Assembly: GCA_963748295.1 (NCBI GenBank)
Contig: CAVVIH010000008.1
Coordinates: forward strand, 123,873 to 187,872
DNA: 64,000 bases
From: an uncultured Acidobacteriota bacterium
GTDB taxonomy: Bacteria; Acidobacteriota; Vicinamibacteria; Vicinamibacterales; 2-12-FULL-66-21
Reading direction: 5' to 3'
In this document: in pieces, positions 62,178 through 64,000 of the stretch
How the letters are laid out: the number at the start of each line of letters is the position of its first letter
How positions within the stretch are numbered: the stretch's first letter is position 1
Notes under the pieces: model-generated
Databases searched by the model: none
Told to the model about the DNA's origin: nothing
What the model saw: only the letters and a program-made list of their open reading frames with translations
Translations under genes and position numbers: made by a program

Positions 62178-62477
62178 ATGTGGCTCCTCAGAACCCCTGA
62201 CGACGCACCGTCCCCTTTTTCGTTTCGGATTCCTCCCGGCAAAATGAAAACGATCGGACGCGCCCCGAATGCGGACTTCATCGTGGATGCGACGCTCGTC
62301 TCGCGCCTGCACTGCCGGCTGAGCGCCGGCGCCACCGAGCTCCAGGTCGAGGACCTCGAGAGCACGAACGGCACCTACGTCAACGGCGAACGCGTCGAGC
62401 GCGCCGCGCTGAAGAGCGGCGACAGGCTGGGTGTCGGCGAGGTCGAGTTCCTGATCTCGCGAGCCTCGGAAAGCTGA
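62178..62477 (+). CDS. FHA domain protein
   Basis: IGR, VSRLHC, DLESTNGTYVNG, LKSGD. Confidence 0.92.
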   Translation: MWLLRTPDDAPSPFSFRIPPGKMKTIGRAPNADFIVDATLVSRLHCRLSAGATELQVEDLESTNGTYVNGERVERAALKSGDRLGVGEVEFLISRASES

Positions 62478-62483
62478 CGCCGG

Positions 62484-63122
62484 TTACTGCAGGAACGGAT
62501 TCGTCCGCTTTTCCTCGCCGATGGTCGTCGGCTCGCCGTGCCCTGAGTGAACCACCGTGTCGTCGGCAAACCTGAACAGCACTTCGCGGATCGAGCGAAG
62601 CAGCGTGTTCAGATCGCCGCCCGGCAGATCGGTCCGGCCGATCGAACCGGCGAACAACGTGTCGCCGACGAACAGGGTTCGCTCCGGTGAATCGACCCGG
62701 CCAATCGCCAGGCACACGCCTCCGGGGCAATGGCCCGGCGTGTGATGCACCCACGCGGCGTAGCGGCCGAACCGCAGCGGTCCTTCGCCCTCGTAGAACG
62801 AATCCACCGGCGGCTGCGGATCGACGTGAAACCCGAACGCCAGCCCCTGCTGCACGACCGCGCGATACAGAAAGTCGTCGTCGGCGTGCAGCCAGACCGG
62901 AACGCCCAGCGCCGCCTTCGCGCGTCCGACACCGGTGATGTGATCCATGTGCGCGTGGGTCAGGAGGATGTGCTTGATCGCAAGGCGATGATTCTCCGCC
63001 GCCGTCAACAGGAGATCGACGTCGTCGCCCGGATCGATGATGACGCCTTCGCGAGTTTCCTCGCAGCCGACGACGAAGCCGTTCTTCATGAACGGCGGAA
63101 CCGCCCTGGTTTCTAAGATCAT
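62484..63122 (-). CDS. MBL-fold metallo-hydrolase (glyoxalase II-like)
   Basis: IDPG, THAHMDH, TPGHCPG, GDTLFAGSIGRTDLPGG, EKRTNPF. Confidence 0.92.
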   Translation of the reverse strand: MILETRAVPPFMKNGFVVGCEETREGVIIDPGDDVDLLLTAAENHRLAIKHILLTHAHMDHITGVGRAKAALGVPVWLHADDDFLYRAVVQQGLAFGFHVDPQPPVDSFYEGEGPLRFGRYAAWVHHTPGHCPGGVCLAIGRVDSPERTLFVGDTLFAGSIGRTDLPGGDLNTLLRSIREVLFRFADDTVVHSGHGEPTTIGEEKRTNPFLQ

Positions 63123-63190
63123 TGAGGTTTTCAGGCCATTTGAGCCCGGTTCAGGCCCTCTTACGCCTTACCTGGTAGAGGAAACCGAAC

Positions 63191-63919
63191 ATGGCCAACG
63201 CTCGTGAAATTCGTATCCATACCAGCATACTTGCATCAATCGAGAAGCGGTGTCTCATCTGGATGGCGCACCGGATTCCGCGGCGCGTCAATTCGGACCA
63301 TCTGACGGCGCTGGGCGCGGTGGCGTTGCTGGCCGCCGGATTCTGCTACGCCATGGCGCCGGCGCATTCGTGGGCGCTGATTGCCGGCGTGCTGCTGCTG
63401 GCGGTCAACTGGTTCGGCGACAGTCTCGATGGCACGCTGGCGAGAGTGCGCCACCACGAGCGGCCGCGGTACGGGTTCTACCTCGATCACGTGCTCGATG
63501 CGCTCGGCATGCTCTTCGTCATCGGCGGGCTGGCGCTGGGCGGCTACATGAGCCTGCCGATCGCGGCAGGGTTTCTCGTCGCCTACTACCTGCTGAATAT
63601 CGAAATCGCGCTTGCGACGCACACCGTCGGCACGTTCCGCATCTGGTACTGGAAGTTCGGCCCGACCGAAATGCGCATCCTGCTCGCCATTGGCACGCTG
63701 CAGCTGTTCAGGTCCGTTGACGTGGGCATCCTCGGTTCACGGTATCTGCTGTTCGACGTCGGCGGCGCCGTCGCCATTGCCGCGCTGTTCCTCACATTCG
63801 TGACGTCGAGCGTAATCAATGCGCGGCTGCTCTATCGTACGGAACCGCTGCCACCGGCGACACCGGACGACAAGGCAGCCATCCGGTTTGCGGCACTCAA
63901 GCTCGGAACACGCGGATGA
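63191..63919 (+). CDS. CDP-alcohol phosphatidyltransferase family protein
   Basis: DSLDGTLAR...GFYLDHVLD motif, GPTEMR. Confidence 0.9.
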   Translation: MANAREIRIHTSILASIEKRCLIWMAHRIPRRVNSDHLTALGAVALLAAGFCYAMAPAHSWALIAGVLLLAVNWFGDSLDGTLARVRHHERPRYGFYLDHVLDALGMLFVIGGLALGGYMSLPIAAGFLVAYYLLNIEIALATHTVGTFRIWYWKFGPTEMRILLAIGTLQLFRSVDVGILGSRYLLFDVGGAVAIAALFLTFVTSSVINARLLYRTEPLPPATPDDKAAIRFAALKLGTRG

Positions 63920-63934
63920 TAAGATCGTCCGGAA

Positions 63935-64000
63935 ATGGTTCTGGCCGCTGTCGACGACTTTCTGTTCCGGTCGAAGATCCGCACCACCGCGAAGCAGGCG
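63935..64000 (+). CDS. Partial receiver-like hypothetical protein (runs off window)
   Basis: MVLAAVDDFLFRSKIRTTAKQA; TAAGAT -10 box upstream. Confidence 0.55.
   Translation, partial: MVLAAVDDFLFRSKIRTTAKQA

Overview
High-GC bacterial chromosomal window. Gene content (ADOP-type duplicated permease, kinase plus beta-propeller proteins, carboxypeptidase-regulatory/TPR proteins, hpnCDE) points to Acidobacteriota, probably Vicinamibacteria (inference). It holds about 60 CDS and one tRNA-Glu(CTC), with no integrase, transposase or CRISPR array. About 20 apparent indels split otherwise intact genes and are most likely long-read consensus errors. Main signals: (1) gene-less intergenic arrays of short degenerate repeats with 7-, 8- and 10-nt periods, two of them built as ~30-bp modules in inverted arms; (2) a hidden selenoprotein candidate, a glutaredoxin-like protein ending GFGGT-TGA-G-V-stop with a SECIS-like hairpin, divergent from a LolA-like/MMPL/outer-membrane operon with a CRP/Rex-type palindrome; (3) REP-like palindromes inside coding sequences; (4) a Bacillus-type FadR box over the fadR-fadN-fadA-fadE promoter; (5) a reused 23-bp terminator palindrome; (6) widespread leaderless promoter architecture. 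All family calls come from motif recognition only; no searches were run.
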